A DNA stretch of 64,000 bases. It comes from Candidatus Goldiibacteriota bacterium HGW-Goldbacteria-1 (GTDB taxonomy: Bacteria > Oederibacteriota > PGYV01). A program made the translations under genes and the position numbers. The stretch is taken from the NCBI GenBank assembly GCA_002839855.1, contig PGYV01000002.1, forward strand, positions 203,125 through 267,124, read 5' to 3'. Numbering within the stretch: position 1 is the stretch's first letter; every line of letters begins with the position of its first letter. Under the pieces are notes generated by a model. That model searched no databases. It was not told the DNA's origin and saw nothing but the letters and a program-made list of their open reading frames with translations. Shown piece by piece: positions 37,002 through 47,238 of the stretch.

Positions 37002-37959
37002 TAAAGGGAAAATTATTGCGGCAGCTGTAATTATTGTTTTTATTGCCGGATTTATTATTGTTAAGAAGCCTTTTAGCGTAAAAAAAGGCCCGCAAATGGA
37101 AGAAATTTTCCCGGAAATAAGGGATATATCCATTGTTATTTCCGCTACAGGCGTTGTTCAGCCTATGAACCGGCTGGAAATAAAACCGCCTATTGCGGGC
37201 AGGATAGAAAAAGTGCTTGTCAGAGAAGGTGATGTGGTTTCTAAAGGAAAGGTGCTGGCCCTTATGAGTTCTTCTGAAAGGGCGGCGCTGCTTGACGCGG
37301 CGCGCGCGCAGGGCGAAGACAACGTGAAAAAATGGGAGGAAATTTATAAACCCATTTCTGTCATCGCGCCCATAAACGGCACTGTTATAGTAAGGGGTTC
37401 GGAACCGGGGCAGACTGTGGGTTCGGGCGATGCTGTTTTTGTCCTGTCCGACAGGCTTGTTATTAAGACTTCCGTGGATGAAACTGATGTGGGAAAAGTA
37501 AAAGTGGGGCAGAAAGCGGTGATAACGCTTGACGCTTATTCGGATACCGAAATCCCGGGCAGTGTTTATCACATAAGTTATGAATCAAGCGTAATGAATA
37601 ACGTATCCATATATGAAACTTTTGTGAAACCGGATAAGGTTCCGGATTTCTTCAGGTCGGGAATGACCGCAAATGTGAATATTATCAGGGCTGAAAGTAA
37701 AGGGGCCCTTTCATTGCCTGTTAACGCCGTAAAAATAAAAGACGGTGTTTCATTTGTCATGATTAAAAGCGGGGACAAACCCAAAAGAAAAGAGGTTGTA
37801 ACGGGCATTGATGACGGCACTTATGTAGAGATAAAATCAGGTATAACGCAGAATGAAGCCGTGCTTGCCGTTAAAAGCGGTTATACCGCCAATAATGATA
37901 ATGCAAGAAGCGCGGGGACCAGCCCTTTTATGCCGAAACGCCCGGGCGCAAGGCGCTAA
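36988..37959 (+). CDS. macA: Efflux periplasmic adaptor (HlyD/MacA family)
   Basis: N-terminal TM and biotinyl/lipoyl-like hairpin 'VQPMNRLEIKPPIAGRIEKVLVREGDVVSKGKVLALM'. Confidence 0.8.
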   Translation: MKLNNKGKIIAAAVIIVFIAGFIIVKKPFSVKKGPQMEEIFPEIRDISIVISATGVVQPMNRLEIKPPIAGRIEKVLVREGDVVSKGKVLALMSSSERAALLDAARAQGEDNVKKWEEIYKPISVIAPINGTVIVRGSEPGQTVGSGDAVFVLSDRLVIKTSVDETDVGKVKVGQKAVITLDAYSDTEIPGSVYHISYESSVMNNVSIYETFVKPDKVPDFFRSGMTANVNIIRAESKGALSLPVNAVKIKDGVSFVMIKSGDKPKRKEVVTGIDDGTYVEIKSGITQNEAVLAVKSGYTANNDNARSAGTSPFMPKRPGARR

Positions 37960-37962
37960 AAG

Positions 37963-39906
37963 ATGATATCTGTTAAGGGTATTTCAAAGATATACAAGTC
38001 CGGAAAAATGGAGTATCAGGCGTTAAATGACGTCAGTATAGATATTAATAGGGGCGAATTTGTAGCCATAATGGGGCCTTCCGGGTCAGGCAAGTCCACT
38101 TTAATGCACCTGCTTGGATTTCTTGATAAGCCGGATTCGGGTTCATATCTGCTTGAAGGAAATGAGACCGCGGGGCTGGCCGATGAAGCATACGCGCGGT
38201 TAAGGCAGGATAAAATTGGTTTTGTGTTTCAGCAGTTTCACCTGCTGCCCAGAAGCAGCGCCGAGGAAAATGTGGCAATGCCGCTTGTTTATTCCGGGAA
38301 AAAATTATTTGAACACAGGGCAAAAGAGCTGCTTGAAAGCGTGGGGCTGGGGACAAAACTAAAAAACCTGCCGGGTGAAATGTCCGGCGGTGAAAAACAA
38401 AGGGCGGCAATAGCGCGCGCGCTGATTAATGACCCGGAAATTCTTTTTGCGGATGAACCCACGGGCAACCTTGATTCTAAAAGTGAAAAAGAGATAATGG
38501 ATATATTTACCGCGCTTAATAAGCAGGGAAAGACAATAGTAATGGTGACCCACGAGCCGGAAATAGCGCAGTACGCGCACCGCATTATAACCGTAAGGGA
38601 CGGTAAAATTCTGTCCGATAAAAAAACTTCAAACGGCGAAACAAAATTATTAAATGTACAGCAGCACGAAGAAAAGCAGGGAAGCGCGGTCCTTGAAATA
38701 GAATTTAAGGATTATCTTAAGCAGGCGCTTATATCCGTAATGGGCAATAAGTTAAGGTCAGCTTTGTCGGTTCTTGGCATACTTATCGGTGTGGCTTCTG
38801 TCATAGCAATGCTTGCGCTGGCGGAAGGAGCCAAAGAGTCAATAAATAAACAGCTTTCATCACTTGGGTCAAACCTTCTTGTGGTAAGCCCGGCATATAA
38901 CAGGTCAGGCGGCGTGTCAAGGGAAGGAGCCACAAGGATTACCCTTCAGGATTCACAGGAAGCAGCAAGGCTTGTTTCGGTAAAAAACGCTTCAGGCCTG
39001 GTCAGCGGCAATGTTCAGGCTGTATATGGCAATAAAAATAAGGCTACAAGGGTTGAAGGCGCGGCGCATTCCTATGAGGAATTAAGAAGTTATAAACCCG
39101 AAGCAGGCCGTTTTTTTACGCAGGCCGAAGAAAAACAGAGGGAAAGGGTGGCTCTTCTTGGCGCCACGGTTGTAAAGGAACTTTTTGTAAGCGAAGACCC
39201 GATAGGCGCTACGATAAAAATTAACAGGGTAAATTTTAAGGTGATAGGAGTTCTGCCTTTAAAGGGTTCAAGCGGATGGCGCGACCAGGACGACACCATA
39301 ATAATTCCTATTAATACGGCCATGTACAGGCTTCTGGGCAAACAGTATGTTGATCAGATATATGTGCAGGCAAAAAGCGCGGATTCACTTGAAAGCGCGC
39401 AGGCGGAAATAATGGAGCTTTTGAATAAAAGGCACAATATAAGCGCATTAAGAAAAGACCCGGCTTTTGAAATAAGAAATATGGCGGAAATGCAGGAAGC
39501 CATACAAAGCACAAGCCGGACATTAACATGGCTTTTAGGTTCTATCGCCGCCATATCCCTTCTTGTGGGCGGAATAGGTATTATGAATATTATGCTTGTG
39601 TCCGTAAAAGAGCGTACCAGGGAAATTGGTTTAAGAAAAGCGGTGGGCGCCAGAAGTTTTGACATATTATATCAGTTTATGATAGAAGCCGTGTTAATGA
39701 CGCTTACAGGCGGTTTTGCCGGGATTGTTTTAGGCGCTTTGATTGCTTTTTTAATGGCCGTGCTGGCAGGGTGGGCTGTAAAGGTTTCTGTTTTTTCTGT
39801 ACTCTTATCCGTTTTCTTTTCTGCCGCGACAGGGTTGGGTTTTGGTATATGGCCTGCCAGGCAGGCCGCGGAATTAAATCCTATTGACGCGCTAAGGTAC
39901 GAATGA
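37963..39906 (+). CDS. macB: MacB-type ABC transporter, fused ATPase and FtsX permease
   Basis: 'GPSGSGKSTLMHLLG' and 'LSGGEKQRAAIARAL'. C-terminal 4-TM FtsX domain. Confidence 0.9.
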   Translation: MISVKGISKIYKSGKMEYQALNDVSIDINRGEFVAIMGPSGSGKSTLMHLLGFLDKPDSGSYLLEGNETAGLADEAYARLRQDKIGFVFQQFHLLPRSSAEENVAMPLVYSGKKLFEHRAKELLESVGLGTKLKNLPGEMSGGEKQRAAIARALINDPEILFADEPTGNLDSKSEKEIMDIFTALNKQGKTIVMVTHEPEIAQYAHRIITVRDGKILSDKKTSNGETKLLNVQQHEEKQGSAVLEIEFKDYLKQALISVMGNKLRSALSVLGILIGVASVIAMLALAEGAKESINKQLSSLGSNLLVVSPAYNRSGGVSREGATRITLQDSQEAARLVSVKNASGLVSGNVQAVYGNKNKATRVEGAAHSYEELRSYKPEAGRFFTQAEEKQRERVALLGATVVKELFVSEDPIGATIKINRVNFKVIGVLPLKGSSGWRDQDDTIIIPINTAMYRLLGKQYVDQIYVQAKSADSLESAQAEIMELLNKRHNISALRKDPAFEIRNMAEMQEAIQSTSRTLTWLLGSIAAISLLVGGIGIMNIMLVSVKERTREIGLRKAVGARSFDILYQFMIEAVLMTLTGGFAGIVLGALIAFLMAVLAGWAVKVSVFSVLLSVFFSAATGLGFGIWPARQAAELNPIDALRYE

Positions 39907-39933
39907 TTAACAACGTACAACTAACAAGTTACA

Positions 39934-40049
39934 ACTGTCAGCTGTAACCTGTAACTTGTAACCTGTAACCTGTAACTTGTAACCTGTAACCTGTAACTTG
40001 TAACCTGTAACCTGTAACTTGTAACCTGTAACCTGTTAGCTGTTAGCTG
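39934..40049. repeat. Minisatellite: 7-bp units CTGTAAC/TTGTAAC/CTGTTAG, about 16 copies (21-bp higher-order unit CCTGTAACCTGTAACTTGTAA, about 4 copies)
   Basis: Directly visible between the convergent macB and MATE genes. Confidence 0.95.
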
Positions 40050-41417
40050 TTAAATTTCCCTTGAATATGGTTTTAACCTTTCACGGTTTTTCCAGCGGCC
40101 GCTTTTGTAATACCAGAAATTTAACAGAGCGCCAAGATAAGCGCTTGCCGTAATTCCAATCCAAATACCGCGTTCATCCATGCCCGCTTTATCCAGCAGC
40201 GCCCACGACAGCCCCACGCGTAAAACAATTAAAGTTATAAACGCGAACAGCGTGGATGGCAGCGTATCGCCTGAACCACGGACAATACCCTGAAACGCGA
40301 ACATAACGGCATAGGCGAAATAGGTAAGGGTGATGTATCTAAAGTATACGGCGCCGTGAGAAATAACAGAGGCGTCGCCGGTGAATATAGCGGTTATCTG
40401 CGAAGGGAAAAGGTTAATAGCCGTAAACGCCGCCGCGGCAAACGCAAGAGATAAAATGGTAACCCAAAGCGCCACTTCGCGTATTAATTCCTCTTTTTTC
40501 GCGCCTATCGCCTGAGCTGTAAAAGATGAAGCCGCGGCGCCAAGCGACATGGCGGGGATAAACGAAAACTGGTCTATCCTTAAACCTATTCCGTACGCGG
40601 CAATTATTCCGGGGCCGAACCTGTTTACAAAAGAGATTACCGCGATTGCGCTTAGCGACACAATAACCATCTGAAAAGTCACGGGGATTCCTATTGTGAA
40701 CATGTTTTTTATAATGCTGTAATTCAGCTGAAATTTCCATTTAAGCACGTTGAAGATTACATTTTTTCTTGCCAGATAAATAAAGGAAATTAAAGTGGTG
40801 ACAGCTCCCGATATTACCGTGGCGGCCGCGGAGCCGGCTATTTTTAATTCCGGAAACAGCCACCATCCTTTTATAAGCAGGGGGGCAAGTATGATGTTTA
40901 ATGCCACGTAAATGCAGGAAAATATAAGAGGGGTTTTTGAATCGCCCAGGCCGCGCAGTATTCCCGCAAACCAGTTCTGGGTGAACATAAAAATAAGGCC
41001 GCTGAAAATTATAACCAGAAACAGATGCGCGTCTTTTATTATGGTATCCGGTGTGCCTAGAAATTTAAGCATGGGCATGGCAAGTGTTGTCCCTAAAACC
41101 GTGATAAGCAGGCATAAAGAGAAAATTGTGATAAATGAATTTGATATTATTTTTGAAACAAATTCCATGTCATCCATTCCGTATGCCTGGCCAATCATTA
41201 TCACTGTGGATACGGAAAGGCCTATGATAAGCGATATCAGGAAAAACATTACAGGCATGGAAGAGGAAACGGCGGCAAGGGCGTCGGGGCCTAAAAGCCG
41301 CCCCACCCAGAACGCGTCAATTGCGCTGTATAAAGACTGCAGCAGGTCGCCGGCCATTATGGGCCAGGAATATATAAAAAGATTTTTAAGGACATTTCCT
41401 TCTGTTAAATTTTTCAT
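40050..41417 (-). CDS. MATE family efflux transporter
   Basis: 12 TM helices. The N-terminus 'MKNLTEGNVLKNLFIYSWPIMAGDLLQSLY' is typical of NorM-like proteins. Start chosen at the ATG after an AAGGAG RBS; the ORF-track start is 41474. Confidence 0.85.
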   Translation of the reverse strand: MKNLTEGNVLKNLFIYSWPIMAGDLLQSLYSAIDAFWVGRLLGPDALAAVSSSMPVMFFLISLIIGLSVSTVIMIGQAYGMDDMEFVSKIISNSFITIFSLCLLITVLGTTLAMPMLKFLGTPDTIIKDAHLFLVIIFSGLIFMFTQNWFAGILRGLGDSKTPLIFSCIYVALNIILAPLLIKGWWLFPELKIAGSAAATVISGAVTTLISFIYLARKNVIFNVLKWKFQLNYSIIKNMFTIGIPVTFQMVIVSLSAIAVISFVNRFGPGIIAAYGIGLRIDQFSFIPAMSLGAAASSFTAQAIGAKKEELIREVALWVTILSLAFAAAAFTAINLFPSQITAIFTGDASVISHGAVYFRYITLTYFAYAVMFAFQGIVRGSGDTLPSTLFAFITLIVLRVGLSWALLDKAGMDERGIWIGITASAYLGALLNFWYYKSGRWKNRERLKPYSREI

Positions 41418-41525
41418 AAATACTCCTTCATTAAAATCAGGCAATATTTTAATACTAAAGCGCGGTATTATCAATATGATTACTGTGGTATAATTTTTTA
41501 ATATTATACAGGAGGAAATTTTAAA

Positions 41526-42080
41526 GTGGAACTTTCACTGATAATAATTACGGCGGTGGGGCTGGCAATGGACTGTTTTGCTGTTTCGCTGTCAGCCGGC
41601 ACATGCAGGGTAAAGGTTAAAACGTCAATTCTGCTGAAGATGGCTATAATGTTTGGTATTTTTCAGGCGGGAATGACGTTTATAGGGTGGTTTGTGGGAA
41701 GCGCCTTTGCCGGCATTATAGGAGCGTTTGACCATTGGATAGCTTTTGGCCTTCTTCTGGCAGTGGGGGGCAAAATGATACTGGAAGCTTTAAAAAAAGA
41801 GGAAGATAAAACAGCAATAAATTATTGCAGCAACCGAATAATTCTGCTGCTTTCGGTTGCCACAAGCATTGACGCGCTTGCGGTGGGTATAAGTTTTTCA
41901 ATTCTTAAAGCGGGCCTGGTGCTGCCGGTTATGGTTATTGGGGTGGTGTCGTTTTTGTTTTCAATAGCCGGCGGATTTATCGGAAGAAAAACAGGCGAAA
42001 TGCTGGGAGATAAAGCGGAATTATTCGGAGGGCTTATACTGGTTGGTATCGGAATAAAGATTCTGATTGAACACATCTAA
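41526..42080 (+). CDS. mntP: Manganese efflux pump MntP
   Basis: 'AVGLAMDCFAVSLSAG' and a duplicated 'SIDALAVGISFS' half. Confidence 0.8.
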   Translation: MELSLIIITAVGLAMDCFAVSLSAGTCRVKVKTSILLKMAIMFGIFQAGMTFIGWFVGSAFAGIIGAFDHWIAFGLLLAVGGKMILEALKKEEDKTAINYCSNRIILLLSVATSIDALAVGISFSILKAGLVLPVMVIGVVSFLFSIAGGFIGRKTGEMLGDKAELFGGLILVGIGIKILIEHI

Positions 42081-42175
42081 ACACGGCGGATTTTTATTAG
42101 CAAATAAGTCAAATACCTTTTTGTTTCATAATGAGAAATTTTTCACTAAGGACTCTCTTTTATTGATAAAAACTG

Positions 42176-42204
42176 TTGACAACACAAAGGCATAGTTTTA
42201 TAAT
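42176..42204 (+). promoter_or_regulatory. Consensus sigma70 promoter TTGACA-N17-TATAAT upstream of the yceD-rpmF-fab cluster
   Basis: 'ttgacaacacaaaggcatagttttataat'. Confidence 0.55.
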
Positions 42205-42348
42205 TACGCGCTGTATTTTATAAGTGTTTAAAGTTAAAAGATGACAGCGTGATTTGAAAGGCACAAAAAGCATTTTTGTGTTACAGGAATGGTATTTTCT
42301 ATTTTTACTGTTATTTTCAGAAGCTATTTAAAAAGAGGTTAATTTATA

Positions 42349-42840
42349 ATGTTAAAAATAAATCTGTCATCGTTTAAAGTAAGGCAGGAATTAAGTTTTG
42401 ATCTTACTAAAGATGATATTTCTTTAGATGACACTGCAGTCCTTGAAGGCCCTTTACATCTTGACCTTGTACTTACAAAAGACAGTGACACATCCGTTAT
42501 AGTGGAAGGCAGGCTGAAAGGTACGCTTGCAATGGCTTGCTCACGGTGCTTAAAGGAAATAATGCAGGATGTTGAAGGTGATTTTGTTACAATATTTAAA
42601 GAACAAAGCCGAATGAATGATGAAGACAGGGAAAGTGATGTGGTTGAATATAAGGATAACGAGCTTGATTTAACGGATTTTATAAGGCAGACAGTGCTTA
42701 TTGAAGCGCCAACAAAGCCGGTATGTGATGAAAAATGCCTTGGCTTATGCCCGGTGTGCGGTAAAAACCGCAATGAAGGCGACTGCGGGCATAAACAGGA
42801 AATTAAATTCAACCCGTTTGGCGGAATTGATATAAAGTAA
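42349..42840 (+). CDS. yceD: YceD/DUF177 family protein
   Basis: Cys pairs 'CSRCLKEI' and 'CPVCGKN'. Lies immediately upstream of rpmF. Confidence 0.75.
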   Translation: MLKINLSSFKVRQELSFDLTKDDISLDDTAVLEGPLHLDLVLTKDSDTSVIVEGRLKGTLAMACSRCLKEIMQDVEGDFVTIFKEQSRMNDEDRESDVVEYKDNELDLTDFIRQTVLIEAPTKPVCDEKCLGLCPVCGKNRNEGDCGHKQEIKFNPFGGIDIK

Positions 42841-42900
42841 AACCCGCGGCATAAGCCTGCGGATTTATAAAAAGAAATAATTTTACAGGAGGAACAGAAA

Positions 42901-43086
42901 GTGGCAAATTTAACGTGGAGAACTTCAAAGTCAAAAACAAGGTCAAGAAAAGCGGCTAACATGAAATTAAGCCAGAATATCAACCTCACTGAATGCCCCA
43001 ACTGCCATGCAAAAAAAGAGCAGCACAGGGTATGCAAGAGCTGCGGCCATTACAATGGCAAAGAAGTCATTAGCTCTGAAGAATAG
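42901..43086 (+). CDS. rpmF: 50S ribosomal protein L32
   Basis: '[14 protein letters not shown]...[26 protein letters not shown]'. GTG start after a GGAGGA RBS. Confidence 0.85.
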   Translation: MANLTWRTSKSKTRSRKAANMKLSQNINLTECPNCHAKKEQHRVCKSCGHYNGKEVISSEE

Positions 43087-43125
43087 TCCTGATACTCAAA
43101 ATTCAGTCATGAGGTGAGGCAAAAC

Positions 43126-44142
43126 GTGCGCATTGTTTTGGATGCAATGGGCGGGGACAACGCCCCGCAGGTAGAAGTTAAAGGCACTGTTGATGCGATA
43201 AAAAAGAACCGTGATCTTAATGTTATTCTTGTAGGTAAAAAGGAAGAAATAGAAAAATACCTTAATACATATAAGCTTAGCGAAAAAGAACGCGCCCGTC
43301 TGGAAGTTGTCAACGCAAATGAAGTAATTACCATGTCTGACGAACCGGCAAAAGCTTTCAAGCAGAAGCAGGATTCATCAATGATAGTCGGAGCAAAACT
43401 GGTAAAAGAAGGCAGGGCAGATGCTTTTGTTTCTGCCGGAAATACCGGAGCAATGCTTGTTACATCGCTTCTTACCATAGGCAGAATACCGGGCGTCATA
43501 AGGCCTGCTATTCTTGTTCCTATGCCTTCTAAAAGCGGAACCACAGCTGTACTTGATGCCGGTGCCAATGTGGACTGCAAACCAATTCATCTTGCGCAGT
43601 TTGCGATTATGGGCAGTATTTATGCATCTCATATATTTAAGATAAACAAGCCGCGCGTGGGTGTTATGAGCGTAGGCGAAGAAGAAGGCAAGGGAAACGA
43701 ACTTACAATTGAAGCAAAAGAAATTATAAAAAAACTTAACCTTAATTTTAAAGGCAATGTTGAAGGCAGGGATGTATTTAACGGAAATGCCGACGTTGTA
43801 GTCTGTGACGGATTTGTAGGAAATATAATCCTTAAAGTGGGCGAAGGCGCGGGAGTGCTTCTGGTAAGCGAAATAAAAAAAGGCGCAAAAAAGAGCCTGC
43901 TTACCATAATCGGCGGCCTTTTAATGAAAAAAGTTTTTATACAGGTCAAAGACAGAATTAACCCTGATGCTTACGGCGGGGCGCCGCTTCTTGGAATACA
44001 AAAACCGGTAATAATATGCCACGGCAGTGCAAGCGCGGAAGGCATTAAGAACGCGCTGATAGTGGCCTATGAATTTGTGGACGGCCATATAAATGAAGAA
44101 ATAGAAAGTGAAGTGAAAAAAATGGAGGCAAAAAGTGAGTAA
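43126..44142 (+). CDS. plsX: Phosphate acyltransferase PlsX
   Basis: N-terminal 'VRIVLDAMGGDNAP'. Start chosen at the GTG after a GGTGAGG RBS; the ORF-track start is 43114. Confidence 0.85.
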   Translation: MRIVLDAMGGDNAPQVEVKGTVDAIKKNRDLNVILVGKKEEIEKYLNTYKLSEKERARLEVVNANEVITMSDEPAKAFKQKQDSSMIVGAKLVKEGRADAFVSAGNTGAMLVTSLLTIGRIPGVIRPAILVPMPSKSGTTAVLDAGANVDCKPIHLAQFAIMGSIYASHIFKINKPRVGVMSVGEEEGKGNELTIEAKEIIKKLNLNFKGNVEGRDVFNGNADVVVCDGFVGNIILKVGEGAGVLLVSEIKKGAKKSLLTIIGGLLMKKVFIQVKDRINPDAYGGAPLLGIQKPVIICHGSASAEGIKNALIVAYEFVDGHINEEIESEVKKMEAKSE

Positions 44143-45121
44143 AAGGGCAGCCATACTTGGTACGGGGTATTATGTTCCCGAAAAAATATTGACAAATAAA
44201 GATATTGAAAAGTTTTTGGACACAAATGACGAGTGGATTACCACAATGACAGGAATGAAAGAAAGGCGCATATCCGGCAAAGACGAGCCTACTTCCGAAC
44301 TTGCGATGAAAGCGGCTGAAAAAGCCCTTCTAAACGCGGGCGTAAAAAAAGAAGAAATTGATTTTGTGATTGTGGCAACGGTTACCGGGGATTATATCTG
44401 GCCTTCAACAGCTAATATTGTTATTAATAAACTTGGAATTAACGGAGTACCGTCAATGGATGTATCTGCGGCGTGCTGCGGTTTTATTTATGCGCTTACA
44501 ACAGCAAGGTCATTTATTGAATCAGGGCTTTATAAAAAAATACTGCTTATAGCAGCAGATGAATTTGCAAAGGTATCTGACTGGACAGACAGAAAGACAT
44601 GCGTACTGTTTGGCGACGGCGCGGGAGCGGTGGTTGTAGGTCAGGCAGAAAATGAAAATCAGGGAATTCTTTCAACATATCTTGGGTCAGACGGGTCCAA
44701 GGTATCTTATTTAATGCAGCCCGGCGGCGGCACTGCAAATCCTTTCAGCCAGGAAGTACTTGATAAAAAAATGCAGTATGTATATATGGAAGGCAAAGAA
44801 GTATTTAAGCAGGCCGTGATTAAAATGACTTCATCAATTGAGATTGCGATGGAAAGGGCGGCTGTAACGCCGGAGCAGGTTGATTATTTTATATTTCATC
44901 AGGCTAACAAGAGGATAATTGATTCAATCGCGCAGAGGTTTAGCGCGCCTGAAGAAAAAATAATTGTTAATATTCATAAATATGCCAACACTTCCGCGGC
45001 CACAATTCCGATAGCGCTTGCCGAAGCGGTGGAAGAAGGCAAAATAAAAAAAGGCGACCTTCTGGGTTTCTCGGCGCTTGGCGCGGGATTCACATGGGGC
45101 GGCGCAGTTGTCAGGTTATAA
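44135..45121 (+). CDS. fabH: 3-oxoacyl-ACP synthase III
   Basis: 'AILGTGYYVPEKILTN', active-site Cys in 'SAACCGFIYAL', 'FHQANKRI' and 'NTSAATIPIAL'. Confidence 0.9.
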   Translation: MSKRAAILGTGYYVPEKILTNKDIEKFLDTNDEWITTMTGMKERRISGKDEPTSELAMKAAEKALLNAGVKKEEIDFVIVATVTGDYIWPSTANIVINKLGINGVPSMDVSAACCGFIYALTTARSFIESGLYKKILLIAADEFAKVSDWTDRKTCVLFGDGAGAVVVGQAENENQGILSTYLGSDGSKVSYLMQPGGGTANPFSQEVLDKKMQYVYMEGKEVFKQAVIKMTSSIEIAMERAAVTPEQVDYFIFHQANKRIIDSIAQRFSAPEEKIIVNIHKYANTSAATIPIALAEAVEEGKIKKGDLLGFSALGAGFTWGGAVVRL

Positions 45122-45145
45122 TTTAATGGAAAAAGGTGCCAGATA

Positions 45146-46066
45146 ATGTCAACAGCATTGGTTTTTCCGGGTCAGGGTTCACAGTATGTAGGTATGGGTT
45201 TCGCGTTCAGCGAACATAATGAAAGGGCTAACGCCATATTTGCCATGGCAAGGGAAGCATGCGGACGTGAACTTTTAGACGCAATGTTTTTAGGGCCGGA
45301 AGAAACACTTAAAAAAACAGATTTTACACAGCCGGCGATATTGACAGTAAGCGCGGCCATATACGAAGCGATAAAAGACAGTGTTAAACCTGCTTTTTTC
45401 GCGGGACACAGCCTTGGCGAATATTCAGCTTTATGCTGCGCGGGCGCAATGGATTTTAAGACAGCGGTTGAAATGGTAAAGTTAAGGGGCTCGCTTATGC
45501 AGGAAGCTTCCGGCAAAGCCGCAAGCGGTATGGCAGCGGTGCTTGGGCTTGATGTTGAAAATATTAGATTACTGTGCGAAAAAGTAAAACCGGCAGGCCT
45601 TATGTCGCTTGCTAATATAAACTGCCCGGGGCAGATAGTGGTGTCAGGTGATTCCGCCGCAATAGACGCGGGAGAAGCAGCCGCAAAGGAACTTGGCGCA
45701 AAAAGGTATATTAAACTGGCTGTGGCAGGCGCGTTTCATTCGCAGTTTATGCAGAGTGCGGCTGACGGCATGGAACAAAGCATGGCTGTTTTTAAAATGA
45801 AAGATACTGCGGTTCCTGTTATTTCAAATGTGACAGCGCAGGCTGTGACATCGGCTGAAGAAATAAAAAAACTTCTTGTCAGGCAGATTGTGTCGCCGGT
45901 CCGGTGGATTGAATCGGTTGAATACATGAAAGCGCAGGGAGTGGATACTTTTATAGAATGCGGGCCGGGCGCTGTATTGTCCGGACTTATTAAAAAAATA
46001 GATAAAAATTTAAAAACAATAAATATTGAAAAACCTGAAGACCTTGTAAAACTGCAGGGAATTTAA
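45146..46066 (+). CDS. fabD: Malonyl-CoA:ACP transacylase
   Basis: 'FPGQGSQYVGMG' and 'GHSLGEYSAL'. Confidence 0.9.
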   Translation: MSTALVFPGQGSQYVGMGFAFSEHNERANAIFAMAREACGRELLDAMFLGPEETLKKTDFTQPAILTVSAAIYEAIKDSVKPAFFAGHSLGEYSALCCAGAMDFKTAVEMVKLRGSLMQEASGKAASGMAAVLGLDVENIRLLCEKVKPAGLMSLANINCPGQIVVSGDSAAIDAGEAAAKELGAKRYIKLAVAGAFHSQFMQSAADGMEQSMAVFKMKDTAVPVISNVTAQAVTSAEEIKKLLVRQIVSPVRWIESVEYMKAQGVDTFIECGPGAVLSGLIKKIDKNLKTINIEKPEDLVKLQGI

Positions 46067-46094
46067 GAGCTAAAAAAAGTTAACGGAGGCAAAA

Positions 46095-46838
46095 ATGGGA
46101 TTACTGAACGGAAAGATAGCACTTGTAACAGGCGGAGCCCAGGGAATAGGCGAAACCATTGCGGCAACACTTGCGCGTGAAGGCGCGTCAGTGGCTGTTC
46201 TTGACGTAAATCTTGAAAAGGCGTCAGCCACGGCTGCAAAGTTAAAGGAATTCGGTGTGGATTCAGAAGCTTATAAATGTGATGTTTCAAATGTGGCGGA
46301 AGTTGAAGAAACTGTGAACAAAGTAATTGACAAATTTAAGCGCATTGATATACTTGTCAACAATGCGGGTGTTACAAGGGACAATCTTTTAATAAGGATG
46401 ACGGAACAGGAATGGGACCTTGTAATAGCAATCAACCTGAAAGGTACTTTTAATTTCACCAAAGCTGTAGGAAAGATAATGATGAAGCAGAGGGCAGGCG
46501 CAATAATTAATATTTCATCTGTTATCGGGCTTATGGGAAATGCAGGGCAGACAAACTATGCCGCCACAAAAGCCGGCGTTATAGGAATAACAAAAAGTGT
46601 TGCCAAAGAACTTGGTTCAAGGAATGTCAGGGTAAACGCGGTTTGTCCCGGATACATTAACACGGCAATGACTGATAAACTGACAGAAGAAGTTAAGAAT
46701 GCCATGATACAGATAATTCCTGCAAAGAAAATGGGTGAAACCCAGGATGTGGCAAACGCGGTATTGTTCCTTGCATCAGACCTGTCTTCGTATGTGACGG
46801 GAGAAACAATTAGAGTCGACGGCGGAATGGCAATGTAA
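46095..46838 (+). CDS. fabG: 3-oxoacyl-ACP reductase
   Basis: 'ALVTGGAQGIGETIA', 'NNAGVTRD' and 'YAATKAGVIGITKS'. Confidence 0.9.
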   Translation: MGLLNGKIALVTGGAQGIGETIAATLAREGASVAVLDVNLEKASATAAKLKEFGVDSEAYKCDVSNVAEVEETVNKVIDKFKRIDILVNNAGVTRDNLLIRMTEQEWDLVIAINLKGTFNFTKAVGKIMMKQRAGAIINISSVIGLMGNAGQTNYAATKAGVIGITKSVAKELGSRNVRVNAVCPGYINTAMTDKLTEEVKNAMIQIIPAKKMGETQDVANAVLFLASDLSSYVTGETIRVDGGMAM

Positions 46839-46963
46839 ATGGATGCAATCCAAGGCAAGTCCGTAAGGACGCAGCCGAAGATTAGCAGCCATTTATACAA
46901 GTTAAAATAAAAAAGATTTTCAAATAAAAAAGAAAGTAAAACAAATTCAAGGAGGAAACAGAA

Positions 46964-47209
46964 ATGGCAGACGAAAAGACAATTGAAGAAAGAGTGAAGG
47001 ACGTTATCGTAGCACAGCTTGGTGTTGACGCAGCAGAAGTTAAACCGGAAGCATCGTTTATTGATGACCTTGGTGCGGATTCACTTGATACCGTGGAACT
47101 TGTAATGGCGCTTGAAGAAGAATTCGGCGTAGAGATCCCGGATGAAGACGCGGAAAAGATCAAAACAGTAGGCGAAGCCACAGACAGCATTAAGTCAAAG
47201 CTGGGCTAA
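46964..47209 (+). CDS. acpP: Acyl carrier protein
   Basis: '[21 protein letters not shown]', which includes the phosphopantetheine-attachment Ser. Confidence 0.95.
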   Translation: MADEKTIEERVKDVIVAQLGVDAAEVKPEASFIDDLGADSLDTVELVMALEEEFGVEIPDEDAEKIKTVGEATDSIKSKLG

Positions 47210-47238
47210 ACTTCAAGTAATAAAAAAAGAGGTCAATA

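Noticed and set aside
41418-41525. Looked for a yybP-ykoY (Mn2+) riboswitch upstream of mntP
   Set aside because: The intergenic region is only about 108 nt. It contains the divergent MATE RBS and promoter-like TATAAT boxes, and none of the conserved yybP-ykoY sequence blocks.
42339-43037. 232-aa minus-strand ORF spanning yceD-rpmF
   Set aside because: Antisense to two conserved genes and crosses their intergenic region. Ser/Cys-rich low-complexity product.
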